From Octopus vulgaris (taxonomy: Eukaryota), in the NCBI GenBank assembly GCA_951406725.2, contig OX597818.1, positions 81,158,001 through 81,222,000 on the forward strand: a stretch of DNA of 64,000 bases. Direction: 5' to 3'. This document shows, piece by piece, positions 38,300 to 56,036 of this stretch. A program made the translations under genes and the position numbers. The notes beneath the pieces were generated by a model. That model saw only the letters and a list, made by a program, of their open reading frames with translations. It was not told where the DNA came from and ran no database searches. Each line of letters begins with the position of its first letter. The stretch's first letter is position 1.

Positions 38300-39660
38300 A
38301 CGGTTGTGACTTAGTTTCAATATTATTAACTGGTCAATTAGTGAAATATGTAATCTTGAGAAAAAAATACGAAAATTGTTGACAATGCATAGAATAGACC
38401 ACCCTAAGGCAGATATAGAACGACTTTACCTGCCAAGGAAAAAGGGTGGCCGTGGACATTTACAGCTGGAATTTATAATGAAGATTGCCACAATTGGCCT
38501 AAACACCTACCTGAAAAACTCTGATGACTGGATGTTAAAACTTGTGCTAAAGCACGAAATAAGAAAGCATCATACTCAGTAACAAAACAGGCAAAGAAAT
38601 ATCTATATGAATTCCAAACACAACAAATCCTGGAATTAAAAACAAGCACAGAAAAAACTAAGCGTATGAAAACCCGTGCTAAAACTGTTGCCTTAGATAG
38701 TCTTACTGATAAATGGCAAGAAAAACCTCTTAATGATATATACCCAATGAGAGCTTATAATGCCGATGCTGACAAAGCCTTTAGTCATCAATGGTTAGTG
38801 TCTTCTGGCTTAAAATCAGAGACAGAAGGGTTTATTATAGCAGCCCAAGATCAATGCCTACCTACAAAGAGCTACCAGGCCAACATATTAAAGAACGGCA
38901 GTAGCCCAACATGTCATGTATGTAAACAACAAAATGAAACCATCGATCATGCTGTCTCCATGTGCAGTCTTCTTGCCCCTACAGAGTATCTCAACAGGCA
39001 TGATAGAACAGTACAGTATATTCACTGGGTAATTTGCAAAAACTTGGACCTGCCCCATGATAAAAACTGGTGGGTACACAAGCAATCTCCAGTACTTGAA
39101 AATGGCCGCATCTCACTCCTCTGGAACTTCACCGTTCAAACTTTCTGTCGGATAGATGCGAATAGGTCAGACATTATATTGAAGGTCTTCAGACAAAAAT
39201 CATGCCGCCTCATCGATATGACTGTCCCAATTGACATAAATGTATCTGTCAAGACCTACCAAAAACTGAGCAAGCATAAAGATCTTGATATAGAAATTGG
39301 CAAAATGTGGAGCCTCAAGATTAAAACAACACCTGCTGTCATTGGTACTCTGGGAATGATAGCAAAAAGGGCTGATCGCTACATACCTCAGATACCACTA
39401 AATAAAAAAAATGGCAGAAATTCAAAAAATAATGCTCATGGGAACTGCCCATATTTTACTTAAAATACTGTCTATGTAATCTCAAATTTTAAAACAAACT
39501 TATAATTTTCTTTTGTTTTCTTAAACATTCTCTAAAACAATACTTTGTGCAAAGCCAAATAACTGGCACCATAGTCTTAACACGAACTTGAACTTGTAAC
39601 TTGTAACTTGTCTCTGGGTGAGAATTGGAGTCAACGTGAACAAATACAAAGCAAAACTCA
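38300..39660 (+). mobile_element. R4/Dong LINE 3' fragment (thumb, CCHC finger, RLE)
   Basis: HPKADIERLYLPRKKGGRG and LKSETEGFIIAAQDQ...CHVC...ETIDHAVSMC...YLNRHD...SDIIL...KLSKHKDL (ORF 38666-39463). Confidence 0.9.
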
Positions 39661-39663
39661 AAC

Positions 39664-39736
<73 letters not shown>

Positions 39737-40204
39737 ATAAGTGTTATGGAGGGAATTAAAAGCGTGCAGACAAATACAAAATCGAAACTTCAACACTTAG
39801 ATATATTCCCAGTGGAACATTTAACACAATACACATACATAACCTGCAGCAGAAAAACCTCCCACATTTTACACGGCATTCGATGTAAAGCTAGTAATGT
39901 TAGGCAGTTGTTAACACTATCTTCGTATAGCCAATATTTTATTGTTTTTCTTAGATTTGCTTATGATTTGAACCGTCGCACAGCGTGCCATAACATTTGA
40001 AATGTTTATCATGAATGGTGAATCTGAGAAGGTGTTTTTGTCGCACCCAGCATTATGTCGAGCTGACACAATAGGGAATATGAAAATAAAACATTGAATC
40101 TAAAAACACACACAATGATGTACCTAACTGTGCAACGAAAATACGTAACAGTAACAAATAAGAGCACACTGAAGTAACAATAACAGCAACAGCAACAACA
40201 ATAA

Positions 40205-40247
<43 letters not shown>

Positions 40248-40348
40248 GTAATAATAATAATAATAATAACAACAACAACAACAATGATAATAATAATAAT
40301 AGTAATAATAATAATAATAATAACAACAATAATAATAATAATAATAAC

Positions 40349-40385
<37 letters not shown>

Positions 40386-40397
40386 GTAATAATAATA

Positions 40398-40460
<63 letters not shown>

Positions 40461-40802
40461 GTAATAATAATATTAGTAATAACATCAACAACAACAGCAA
40501 CAATTGTCATAACCGTGTTCATCCTACACATTGTTATTAGCATCAAATCTACCACCGCCCTCATCATTATAACCATTATCAACGCCAACACCAGCACCAG
40601 CACCACCAGCACCAGCAGTACAAGAAACTGCAGCAGCACCACCAGCACCCCCAACAACATCACCAGCAGCACCGCCACCACCACCACCACCACCACCACC
40701 ACCACCACCACCACCACCACCACCACCACCACCACCACCACCACCACCACCACCACCACCACCACCACCACCACTTCCTCCTACAACAAACACAACCACC
40801 AT

Positions 40803-40854
<52 letters not shown>

Positions 40855-41200
40855 GCTACTGAACCACTGGGCAAAAAATTATTGCATATTGATTGTGAGA
40901 CGTGACAATAATACTGTCTAGACAGCCGGAATACGAGAATGTATATCTGTTTCTACACACACACACGCATGCACGCACATACACTCACGCACTCATAGAC
41001 ACTTATTGTGTGCACCTATGTATGTGTAGGTATGTATGTATATATATATATATATATGTGTGTAATGTGTGTATATATATATGTGTATATATATATGTGT
41101 ATATATATATATTTATAGATATATATATATATTTATATATATATACATATATATGTGCATATATATATATATATATATAACATATATGTGTGTATATATA

Positions 41201-41314
<114 letters not shown>

Positions 41315-41327
41315 AAAGAAAATATCG

Positions 41328-41387
<60 letters not shown>

Positions 41388-41514
41388 ATTAAAGAAAATA
41401 TCGCAAATAGAAAAGATATAAGAGCATTAAACCAATAAAATTGGTAAATTTTACAAGGATGACGATGTCTATGGTGTATTTCGGCCATTATATAAATATA
41501 CAAGTATATATATA

Positions 41515-41573
<59 letters not shown>

Positions 41574-42052
41574 GTAGGCACACACACTCACATATATACA
41601 TACATACATAGGCGGCGAGCTGGCAGAATCGTTAGCATGCCGGGCGAAATGCGTAGCCGTATTTCGTCTGTCTTGACGTTCTGAGTTCAAATTCCGCCGA
41701 GGTCGACTTTGCCTCTTCATCCCTTCGGGGTCGATAAATTAAGTACCAGTTACGGACTGGGGGTCGATGTAATCAACTTAATCCATTTGTTTGTCCCCTC
41801 TATGTTTAGCCCCTTGTGGGTAATAAAGAAACATATATACATACATACTCACAGATATAGATATATGGAAGTCAAACTATGAGTTTATATTTTATATATA
41901 GGTATGTATATATAATATATACATATATATGTAAATATATATATGCATATATATGTATATATATATATATATATATTTATTTATATATATATATGCATTT
42001 ATAGATATATGCATATATACATGTATATAACTATACATATACATATGTATGC

Positions 42053-42102
<50 letters not shown>

Positions 42103-42430
42103 TATACACGCACACATACATACACACAACTTATATTGGCATATGTATATATTTTGATTGTGTAGTCCCTTGTGCAATTGTTGCTTATCGTTATCTCTGT
42201 CTCCACCACCAACACCACAACCGCAACCACAACGACGACGACCACCACCACCATTACTGCCACCACCTCCACCACTACGACCACCTCCGCCATTAACCAC
42301 ATCATACATACACACAGACACATACTCATATACCAGGAGACATTTGAAAGGAAATAAGAGAATAAATATACTCAGAGAAAGTGAGTGAAAAACAAAATAA
42401 TGGCAATAACACTACTACTACTACTACTGG

Positions 42431-42541
<111 letters not shown>

Positions 42542-42766
42542 CACTACTACTTATTTTAAATGTTGGCACAGGGCTAGCAAGTTGGGGGAGGAGGGTAAGT
42601 CGATTATAACGCTCCCAGTGCATAACTGGTATTTACTCCATTGAACCTGGAAGGATGAAAGGCAAAATGAACCTCGGCGGAATTTGAACTCAAAACATAA
42701 GGATGGGCGAAATGCCGCTAAGCACTTTTCCCGGCATAATTACGATTCTACGAGCTCACCGCCTTA

Positions 42767-42823
<57 letters not shown>

Positions 42824-43047
42824 TAAATAATAATCCTTTCTACTATTGGGAGAATTCCTGAAATTTTGGGGAGGAGACTAATCGGTTACATCGACTCCAG
42901 TACTCAGCTAGTACTTAATTTATCGACCCCAAAAGGATGAAATGTAAAGTCGATCTAGGCGCAATTTGAACTCAGAACGTAGTGGCAGACGCAATACCGT
43001 AAAGCATTTCTCCCGGTGTGCTAACGATTCTGCTAGTTCGTCGACTC

Positions 43048-43090
<43 letters not shown>

Positions 43091-43094
43091 TTGA

Positions 43095-43560
43095 TTTGTC
43101 TTGGTATAAAAGATGGGCTACAGTAAATATTGTGCTCAATACCACAGATTTGCTTGTCAGTTGTTTGACCTTAACCAGTTGAGCATGTCCTTAGTGGCTG
43201 ACGATATGTGCATCTCTGATCACAAGCGGAAGTAGTCGGGGTGCATCATAGCCGTATGTTGAAAGGAATTCTTTGGGATTTGGATAATTCACCTTTGGAA
43301 ACATGGGTGGTTCGTTCAACATCCTTAAACAATCCTTATTTGAGCGGGATGGGTTACCCGACCCAAAGAAAATTCTAACTGGGTCCCACCTGCAGAGTCA
43401 TGCGCTACTTATCTTAATATGAGTTCACCATGTAGCACACATATGGTTGTGATGCATATGTCTGTTGTAGACTTATCAGACGGATAGTCATGATACGTAT
43501 ACTGGGTTTCGTATATTTTACCCTAGTGTCACTTTGATGGCATGCACTGCTCTCTCACTC
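43095..43560 (+). mobile_element. Family E non-coding element
   Basis: Matches the reverse complement of 62268-62745 and is flanked by (AAT)n and (AAC)n. Confidence 0.85.
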
Positions 43561-43681
<121 letters not shown>

Positions 43682-43686
43682 ACATC

Positions 43687-43749
<63 letters not shown>

Positions 43750-43750
<1 letters not shown>

Positions 43751-44780
43751 GTAATAAAAGCCTGCAAAGAGTGAAAAATATATCACAGTAATGCCTAGAT
43801 TGACTACCACAAGGCGTTCCACAGCGTTCTACACTCATAAGTACTGGAGTCTTTCCACATAAATAAAGTAATGCAGCATTACTAAAAGATACCAGTTATG
43901 CAGTGGGAAACTGGAAGACCATCAAAATAATAGAAAATGAGTCAAAAACAATTAAAATCTGCCGTTCAGTCATAAGAAGAGTAATTTTCCAAGGAGACTC
44001 ACTGTCGCTCCGCTTTTCCGCCTTGCTCCGACCTCACTAACAAACTTGTTGAATGAGACCACTATGGGTTACAGATGCTACGGACAAACTATAAATCATC
44101 AATATATAGATGATTAAAAAATTTTTATTAAGAATATCACTCAACAGGAAAACATTCTAAAGTTTGTAAATATTTTTAGCAGACATCCGGATAAGAAAAT
44201 GAATGGGCGAATGTGCCAAAGTGATATTAAGAAGAGGCAAATTAATCCCAGACTGAAAGCACTGCACTCGAAAGGGATACAAAAGTCAGAGAATTAGACC
44301 ACAGTCTCCCACAATCTCGGAATAGACGAAATGGCTAAAATACAATACATAAAAATGAAAGAAAATTAAGAAAGAATATTACTGAAGAGTTAGAGTAATA
44401 TCAAAAACATACCTGAATCCCAAAAGAAGATAATAGGGGATGAATGCGGTAGCCATATCAGTCGTAAATTACATTTTACAAATATAACCTGGAAGATTAG
44501 TGAATTTAGAAACAGAAAAACCAGGAAAGTATTAGCAGCATATCGAAGTCATCTCCCAAAGCAGACACTAGCAGAATACACCTACCCTACTCAGAAGGGG
44601 GACACATCCTAACACAAATAGGGAATTACCGTAAAATAACAACAGTTGGTCTAGAAAAATACTTAGAAATAATAAGTGGGCAACTACTACATGTAATAAT
44701 GAAATACGAAAAATAAACACTTTTCTCTTTCGACAAGGAGGCGATACAATACAAAACAGAAACAAACTACACTGAAACAC
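43750..44780 (+). mobile_element. Older decayed R4/Dong RT fragment
   Basis: IDYHKAFHSV, IFQGDSLS, a YIDD-like motif at ~44103 and HLPKADT, with many stops. Confidence 0.75.
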
Positions 44781-47155
<2,375 letters not shown>

Positions 47156-47267
47156 ATTGAGTGAGAGAGCAGTGCATGCAATCACTTTTCTTATTATTTA
47201 TCACGTTCTTTGACTGCACTACCGAGTGCAGTTCTGTATGCCTTGGGTATGTGTTGTGTATTATTAA

Positions 47268-48305
<1,038 letters not shown>

Positions 48306-48355
48306 TTCTTCTTCTTCTTCTTCTTCTTCTTCTTCTTCTTCTTCTTCTTCTTCTT

Positions 48356-48386
<31 letters not shown>

Positions 48387-48429
48387 TTATTATTATTATT
48401 ATTATTACTATTAATTATTATTATTATTA

Positions 48430-48491
<62 letters not shown>

Positions 48492-48674
48492 GTTATTGTT
48501 ATTATCAAGGCGAAATGCTTCTGTATTTCGCCTGCCGCTACGTTCTGAGATCAAATTCTGCCGAGGACAACTTGCCTTCATCATCCTTCTTCATAAATTA
48601 AGTACCTGAAACACTGGTGTCGATGTAATCAACTTAACCCTTCCTTCTTCAGCCTTTGTTCTATAGTAGAAAAG

Positions 48675-48745
<71 letters not shown>

Positions 48746-49379
48746 CGAGTGAGAGAGCTGTGCATACCATCAAAGTGACACTGGGGTAAAATATACGAAG
48801 CCCAGTATAGCTATCATGACTACACGTTTCATAAGGGTACACCAAGCACATGGATCACAACCATATGTGCGCGACATGGTGATTTCATATCAAGATAAAC
48901 AACGCATGACCTTGAAGGTGGAACCCTTTCTTCATTTCGGGGTCGAGTCGATGAAATAAGTAACAGTTAAGCACTGGGCTGGGCTCGATGTGATCGACTT
49001 ACCCCTCTCCTAAAATTACTTACATTTTGTCAAAATTTGAACCTAGTCTTCTTCTTCTTCTTCTTCTTCTTCTTCTTCTTCTTCTTCTTCTTCTTCTTCT
49101 TCTTCTTCTTCTTCCCCCCCCCATAGCCGCGAAACAAGAAAACTAACTCCCCACTTCAGCCAAAGAAAACTGGAGGTGAGGCAATCTTCAGACTGGACGG
49201 AGCTTAGCGCCTGATATTTCCTACACACAACACCAGCTTTTATACATAACTTTAGAAGTCACCAATGCCTTGTTTTATCGGTCAGAACCCGTCTTAGTCA
49301 AGCCTGAATGGTTTGTCACGAACCGACTACGACCCATTATTAGGTCAGACATTTTGGGAAGTTATCCTGAGTTCTAGAA

Positions 49380-51400
49380 AACTGCTCAGTTGATATTCAA
49401 CGGCACATAAAGTCTACCAAAAGACAGTAATCACTCTTGCTCGTCATGAACCTTTTACAGAATGGAAGGTTTGATGTAATAATAGGAATACGCAAATAAT
49501 TGCAACGGCTTTGGTATTTTGAATACACAATAAGAGAAAACAAGGAAAACTAAAACTTGTTAAGTTTCAGTGAAGAATCATAACACAGTAAAGTTGAATA
49601 TGACATTATAATAAAAGATTCACAAAACAAACCTATGATGGTCTTGATGAAACAACAATTCAAAAGAATAACAGAAATACTTCTGAGCTAAATCAAGTGA
49701 GTCATACAAAAGCTTGTGTAATAATACAAGAAGCTAGAATTAATATTTAAGGGAAAAAAAACAAACAAACATAATAGTGAATACAAGGTTTTGAAATCGA
49801 AAATACAAAAGGACTGTTAGAAAGTATATATATATCAATAATATGTAATCGAGTAAAAGTTCGCAAATTTCAAAGAAGTAGCAAAGCTATTCAAAAACGT
49901 ATAATTAAAGATAAACACGAACTTATTAAAACTATAGAAATTCTTATTCAGCTGGTGAAAGCTAACACAGAGAATAAATACGTTTAAAAAGAAAATAATA
50001 AGATTTTAGAGAAAATAATTTGTTTATTGGAAACAAGTGAAAAGTTTATAGAGAAGTTAAACAATAATATCATAGATGTACTGTCGTTACATCTTAGCAC
50101 AAATATTAGGATCAATGCCATGAGAGACAATATTACTAATACACCAGCAGAACAAAAAAAGGAGAACATTAGATTTACCGAAATATATTTATAAGATTAC
50201 AACAAATATATATTCTTGCTGTGGAATAAAACATGGAAGACAATTGTCAATTGTTTATGTAAAGTATTGTTTTACCGAGCAAATGTTATATCCAAAGGCA
50301 GTAGTGGCAAAGGTGAAGGAAATTGCATCAAAATGAGCGAAGGTACTTCCAAAAACCGTTTCTTCAACCATAAGTCTTACGAAATCGGCGGATTAGCAGA
50401 ATTATAAGAGACTCAGCGCGTTGGCAGAGACGTTAGCACGCTGGATGAAATGCTTAGCGGGTATTTCGTCTGCCGTTATGTTCTGCGTTCAAATTCCGCC
50501 GAGGTCGACTTTGCCTTTCATCCTTTCCGGGTCGATCCAATAAACCGTTTCTTCAACCATAAGTCTTACGAAATCGGCGGATTAGCAGAATTATAAGAGA
50601 CTCGGCGAGCTGGCAGAGACGTTAGCACGCCGCGTTAAATGCTTAGCGGGTATTTCGTCTGCCGTTACGTTCTGAGTTCAAATTCCGCCGAGGTCGACTT
50701 TGCCTTTCATCCTTTCGGAGTCGATAAATTAAGTGCGAGTTAATCGGCTTAATCCGTTTGTCTGTCCCCACTATGTTTAGCCCCATGTGGGCAATAAAGA
50801 AATAAGAATTATAAGAGACTCGGAAAAGTCCAATATCCAGATGTAGCTTTTTATGTCATGATATCAAATCCCATCGAAGTCGACTTTATCTCTCATCCTA
50901 ATATAGTATAATATAATGTACGAGTCAAGTACCAAAGGCGATGTAATTGACTGCGGGTTAATGCCCGTTACCTGCATGTGGTAGCCATACAAACCGTTCA
51001 GAAATATGAACGTGCTGATTGATGTACACATATGGATGCCTACGGGAAGTGCATCTTAAAAGTAGTGCAGCTTAAACGCCTTTCGAGATGATGCTACCGG
51101 AATAAAATTAGAAGAAAGACGCTCTGCTTTCAGATAGAATGTAAAAAGAAACACTAAGGCTTCCTCAATGCACATATAGAGGCTGATAGGTATTGATTAA
51201 GATTGAATGATCAACATTAAACATACAAGACCTTGTATCAACAGCACAGAAAAGTGTCAGCTCTGCACGGCTGAAAAAATATTATTGAGCACTTTTGTTA
51301 TTTTGAGAATAAACAACAGAGTAATCGAATCGTCGCCAGGAAAAGAACAAAACGAAAAAACAATATGATCGAGATGACGACCACACGATCAAATTTAACA
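49380..51400 (+). mobile_element. Decayed Penelope-like element (linker + GIY-YIG endonuclease), interrupted by SINEs
   Basis: LIFNGT (~49390; cf. KIFNRNT), NCLCKVLFYRANV...MSEGTSKNRFFNHKS (ORF 50216-50407; cf. Y.A.V...YIG..E..FK.R..NH..S) and NSTEKCQLCTAEK (~51240; cf. KCxLCLxEK). Confidence 0.7.
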
Positions 51401-51748
51401 AAACTAAAAATCATTATTGAGCTTTGTTATTGTCGTTTTTTAAAAAAAGAAATCGATGTTTCTTTCATTTAAATATCCCTCTAAAGTAATCGTGATCGGC
51501 GCCAAACTTTAATGAATGAATAGATATTCAACTTCGATAAGTAAAACAAAAATTATAAATTCTAGTCGCTTTCGTACCCTAGACTCACACACATACACAC
51601 ACGTTCACAAGCACACTCACACACACAGGCATACAGGCACAGACACACACATATACACACATGGTCATGAGAATACGCACAGATATATCTATGCAGACAC
51701 TTACATGTCAGAATTACATGTCTAAGTGTGAGTGCGTGTGTGTGTATA

Positions 51749-51831
<83 letters not shown>

Positions 51832-51852
51832 GTATATATATATATATATATG

Positions 51853-51941
<89 letters not shown>

Positions 51942-51962
51942 TTATATATATATATATATAAA

Positions 51963-52833
51963 CATGAGGTCTGATCAATAAGTATCCAGACTGTTGCCAT
52001 AGTAACGAACCTAAAGCATGCAAAGGGAAGCCGCTTGGCAAAGATTGACCTTAAATTCTGCTGTGAATGTGCTCTAAGTTTTAACGCTCTAGCTGACTTT
52101 TTCTGTTTACAGCAGTGCTTGGAAGGAAGGTATGTAGCGTATGTTCGTGGCATTGACCATGGCAGAAAAGTTGTTATGGCGATATCTGCTCAGAGGCCCA
52201 CGCAAAGTTGCAGAAAATGTATCGAGAGGAGTGTATGAGCTGCATACAAGTCAACGAGTGATGGCCGAAAAAATGCTGATTGTGACAAACGTTCTGGGAG
52301 ATCCACAACCAGCAGAACTGAAAAAAATATCGCAGAGGTGCGTGCAGCTGTGAGGGAAAATCGTCGAATCACCATCTGTGAGTTATCAGAGGATGAGCAG
52401 ATTAATTACGGTTCAGCTTAGTCTATTATCAGCGAAGATTTGGGTATGAGACGCGTGTCTGCCAAGTTTGTGCCAGAATTGCTTTCAGCTGACCAAAAGC
52501 ACACTCGGGTTTCAGTTGCACAAGATCCCCTTGATTGTGTCGATAACGATAAAAAGTTTTTGAAAACTTTGCGTAGGCCTCTGAGCAGGTATCGCCAAGC
52601 ATTTGATGCAGATTTGACGCAAAGTTTGATGCAGATTATCTGCTCCACTCTCTCTGCCATAGTCAATGTGACCATCACATGCTACACACCTTCCTTCCAA
52701 GTACTACTATAAACAGAGGAAGTGAGCTAGAACGTTAGAACGTAGTGCGCATGGACAGCAGAGTTCAAGTCCAATTTGTGCCAAGCAGCTTTACTCTGCG
52801 TGCTTTAGCATCGTTACTATGATCAAACCACGT
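51963..52833 (+). mobile_element. Mariner-derived foldback element (N-terminal transposase + inverted 5' end)
   Basis: TIR catgaggtctgatcaataagtatccagactg and peptide LGMRRVSAKFVPELLSADQK. The right ~260 bp is an inverted copy of the left end (MAERVEQIICIKLCVK on minus). Confidence 0.85.
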
Positions 52834-54040
52834 ATATGTATGTGTACACACACATATACACACATACACACACACATATCTTGTACAAATGTTCGCAAAC
52901 ACGCATATTTATTTGTGTATGTCTTTGTGCCTGTGTTTGTCTCCCACCCATCGCTTGACTGATGTTGTCTTAGAGTAACTTAGCGGTTCGGCAATAGAGA
53001 ACAATAGAATAGATACTAGGCTTAGAAAGATTAAGTCCTGAGGTCGATTTATTCGACTGAGAAGCCCATTTCAGGCGGTGCTCCAACATGGCCACAGTTA
53101 AATGGCTGAAACAAGTAAAAGAGTAAAAATATAAAAGAACGTATGTATATGTATATAAACTCAGTGTACGCAGCTGAAACTATTAAATTAAACTCGCTCT
53201 ATGTGTATCATATGAAATGTATATAGATATACACCGCTGAAAAGCACGATGCTGTGAAATTGTCTGAGATAAAATCTCTTCATGGACTTGTGTTAAAACT
53301 ATAACAGTTCAGTAAGATCCCGCAGCACCAGTGATTGTTATATTTTAAAAAATGTGCCCTTTTAAAACCTAGCCAGACTCACGGGTCCGGTTTCCCGGTT
53401 TCTATGGCGTATGTGTTCCCCAGCTGGACGGGACGCCAGTCCATCGCAGCGTTACTCATTTTTGCCAGCTGAGTGGACTGAAGCAACGTGAAATGATGTG
53501 TTTTGTTCAAGAAGACAACGCGTCGCCCGGTCCGGGAATCGAAACCACAATCTTACGATCATGATGCTGACACCCTAACCCCTAAGTCACGCGCCTCCCC
53601 AATTGTTTAATTCATGTCGAGACACGAATTTCGTTTAAATAGGTGACACATCATTGATAGGCAGAATAAAGGCGAAACGCATGTGTTGTCATTGTGAATT
53701 ACTAAAGCGATGATGTTCGTCTTGCTCCAATATATATTTGTGCAATTAGCATAAGTCTATGAAGCAATTTTCTGCCGAACTATTCCAAGCATCAAACTTT
53801 CTAGCGAGAATTTTTCTGTAGTGAAAGGCTTTCTTTCTGAGGCGAATATATCTCAAGCATATTTGAACTGCAAACAAGTTTATATATGTACACATCACAC
53901 CTTAGCGCTTTTATTCCGTATTTTACTACCGCTGGACTGTCGATTAGCACAACTTGTTACAATACTTTTAAGGGAAGGTAATTAGAGTGATGTGGTCTCT
54001 CGTAATCAGCTCGGAGCACCTCTCTTTCAAGTGTCCACTA

Positions 54041-54076
54041 CTGAAGAGGAGATAACTAATCCGAAATGCACGCATC
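54041..54076 (+). ncRNA. Hammerhead core with degenerate stem I
   Basis: Reads CUGAAGA-GGA(9 nt)UCC-GAAA-UGC(AC)GCA-UC. The flanks cacua/caucg pair poorly. Confidence 0.5.
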
Positions 54077-54654
54077 CATCGATTTAGGTAGAGAGCGATC
54101 CAGACTGATTTGTCTACACTTTCTAGTCTTCAGCGAAGTTTTTCCTCTTCGGCAAAATGTAGCGAATAGTTTTCTTACAGGTTCCTATATGTCTCTAGTA
54201 TATTTGAACTGATAACAAATTTATGTTTGTACAAATTGCTGCTTAGCGCTTTTAATCCGTATTAAGGCCATACTTGGTTTCATGTTAAGAAATATCCTGA
54301 TATCTTCTTCAAGCTAATCAGACAGAGGAACAGTGTTCTCTATTTTGGATGAAACTACGAATTTTCACAGGCTTTCGCAATAAAGGCTCGTAAAAAAATA
54401 AGAAATCAAGGAGCGCTACTCTTGGATTTCTTGTTTTCTTTACGAGACTTTACTGTGAAACCCCGTGAATTTTCGTGTTTTTATGCAAAATGGAGACGAA
54501 AACCATCCCTACTTGTGATCGGCTTAACAAATTGTTTAAATATTAAGATATTTTCTTAACATGAAACCAAAGTATAGCCTTAATACACGAATATAGAAAA
54601 TTTATCTATCAATGCAGTTTTCGATATTTAAATATATATATTTATATACATATT

Positions 54655-55173
54655 TCTTTTATTTTTCTTACTTGTTTCTGTTAATTGACTGCGGCCATGC
54701 TGGAGTACCGCCTTGAAAGGTTGCAGTCGAAGAAATCGACCTTAGGACTTATATTTTAAGCTTAGTACATATTCTATCGGTCTCTTTTGTGATCCACTGA
54801 GTTACGGTGACGTAAAAACTCCAACACCGCTTGTCAAGCGGTGATGGAGGGACAAACACGTTCATAATAACACATTGATATATACATACATACGATTTGT
54901 TCCTTTCAGTTTCGGTCTACCATATCCCCTCACAAGACACTTGCCTAAGGCACTACGCAGTGGTACTGAACCTGGAATCATGTGGTTGGGATGCATATAT
55001 ATATATATATATGAGCGCAGGAGTGGCTGTGTGGTAAGTAGCTTGCTTACCAACCATATGGTTCCGGGTTCAGTCCCACTCCGTGACACCTTGGGCAAGT
55101 GTCTTCTACTATATCATCGGGCCGACCAAAGCTTTGTGAGTGGATTTGGTAGACGGAAACTGAAAGAAGACCG

Positions 55174-55217
<44 letters not shown>

Positions 55218-55435
55218 GTGTGTATATGCTTGTGTGTCTGTGTTTGTTCCCCGCCCAACATCGCTTGACAACCGATGCTTGTGTGTTTACGTCCCCGTAA
55301 CTTCGCGGTTCGGCAAAACAGACCGATAGAATAAGTACTAGGCATACAAAAAATAAGTCTTGGGATCGATTTGCTCGACTAAAGGTGGTACTCCAGCATA
55401 GCCACAGTCAAATGACTGAAACAGGTAAAAGAGTA
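54655..55435. mobile_element. Two head-to-head SINE family A copies (54655-54990 minus, 55015-55435 plus)
   Basis: Family core in opposite orientations around a short (TA)n. Confidence 0.85.
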
Positions 55436-55494
<59 letters not shown>

Positions 55495-55495
<1 letters not shown>

Positions 55496-56036
55496 TGTAG
55501 GATGAAATTTATTTCTGGAAAAAAATTTAATCAATGGCCAGCATATCAAAAAGTACCTTTAAAGGTTAAATTTATAAATAATTTACAAGATAAGGGCAGA
55601 AGAAAAATTCTAATGCCAAATATGCCGAAACAAAAAATTGTCGATAACCATTATAATTTATGCGTCTCGAAACAAACCGATAGAAATCTCAAACATTCGT
55701 TTTCACCGTATTGGTCCAATTTTGGGGTTAATTCATAAGAAAATTTTCCCCTCTTCAGCGGCAAATACGCGAGATATATGTGAAATACTAAGTCCTTAGT
55801 GCTTGCTTTTTCCATGGGTGTGAGTAAGTATTTCACTTATATCTCGCGTATTTGCCGCTGAAGAGGGAAAATTTTCTTATGAATTAACCCCGAAATTGGA
55901 CCAATACGGTAATAACGAATTTTTTAGAGATTTCTATCGGTTTGTTTCGAGACGCATAAATTATAATGGTTATCGACAATTTTTTGTTTCGGCATATTTG
56001 GCATTAGAATTTTTCTTCTGTCCTTATCTTGTAAAT
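55495..56036. mobile_element. Palindrome (arms 55581-55790 / 55826-56036) with canonical hammerhead, Penelope-like terminal remnant
   Basis: The + arm reads UGCCG-CUGAAGA-GGG...CCC-c-GAAA-UUGG(A)CCAA-UA-CGGUA (55853-55911). The minus arm (55704-55763) has GAAA->AAAA. The unpaired left tail carries a minus-strand AATAAA. Confidence 0.8.
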
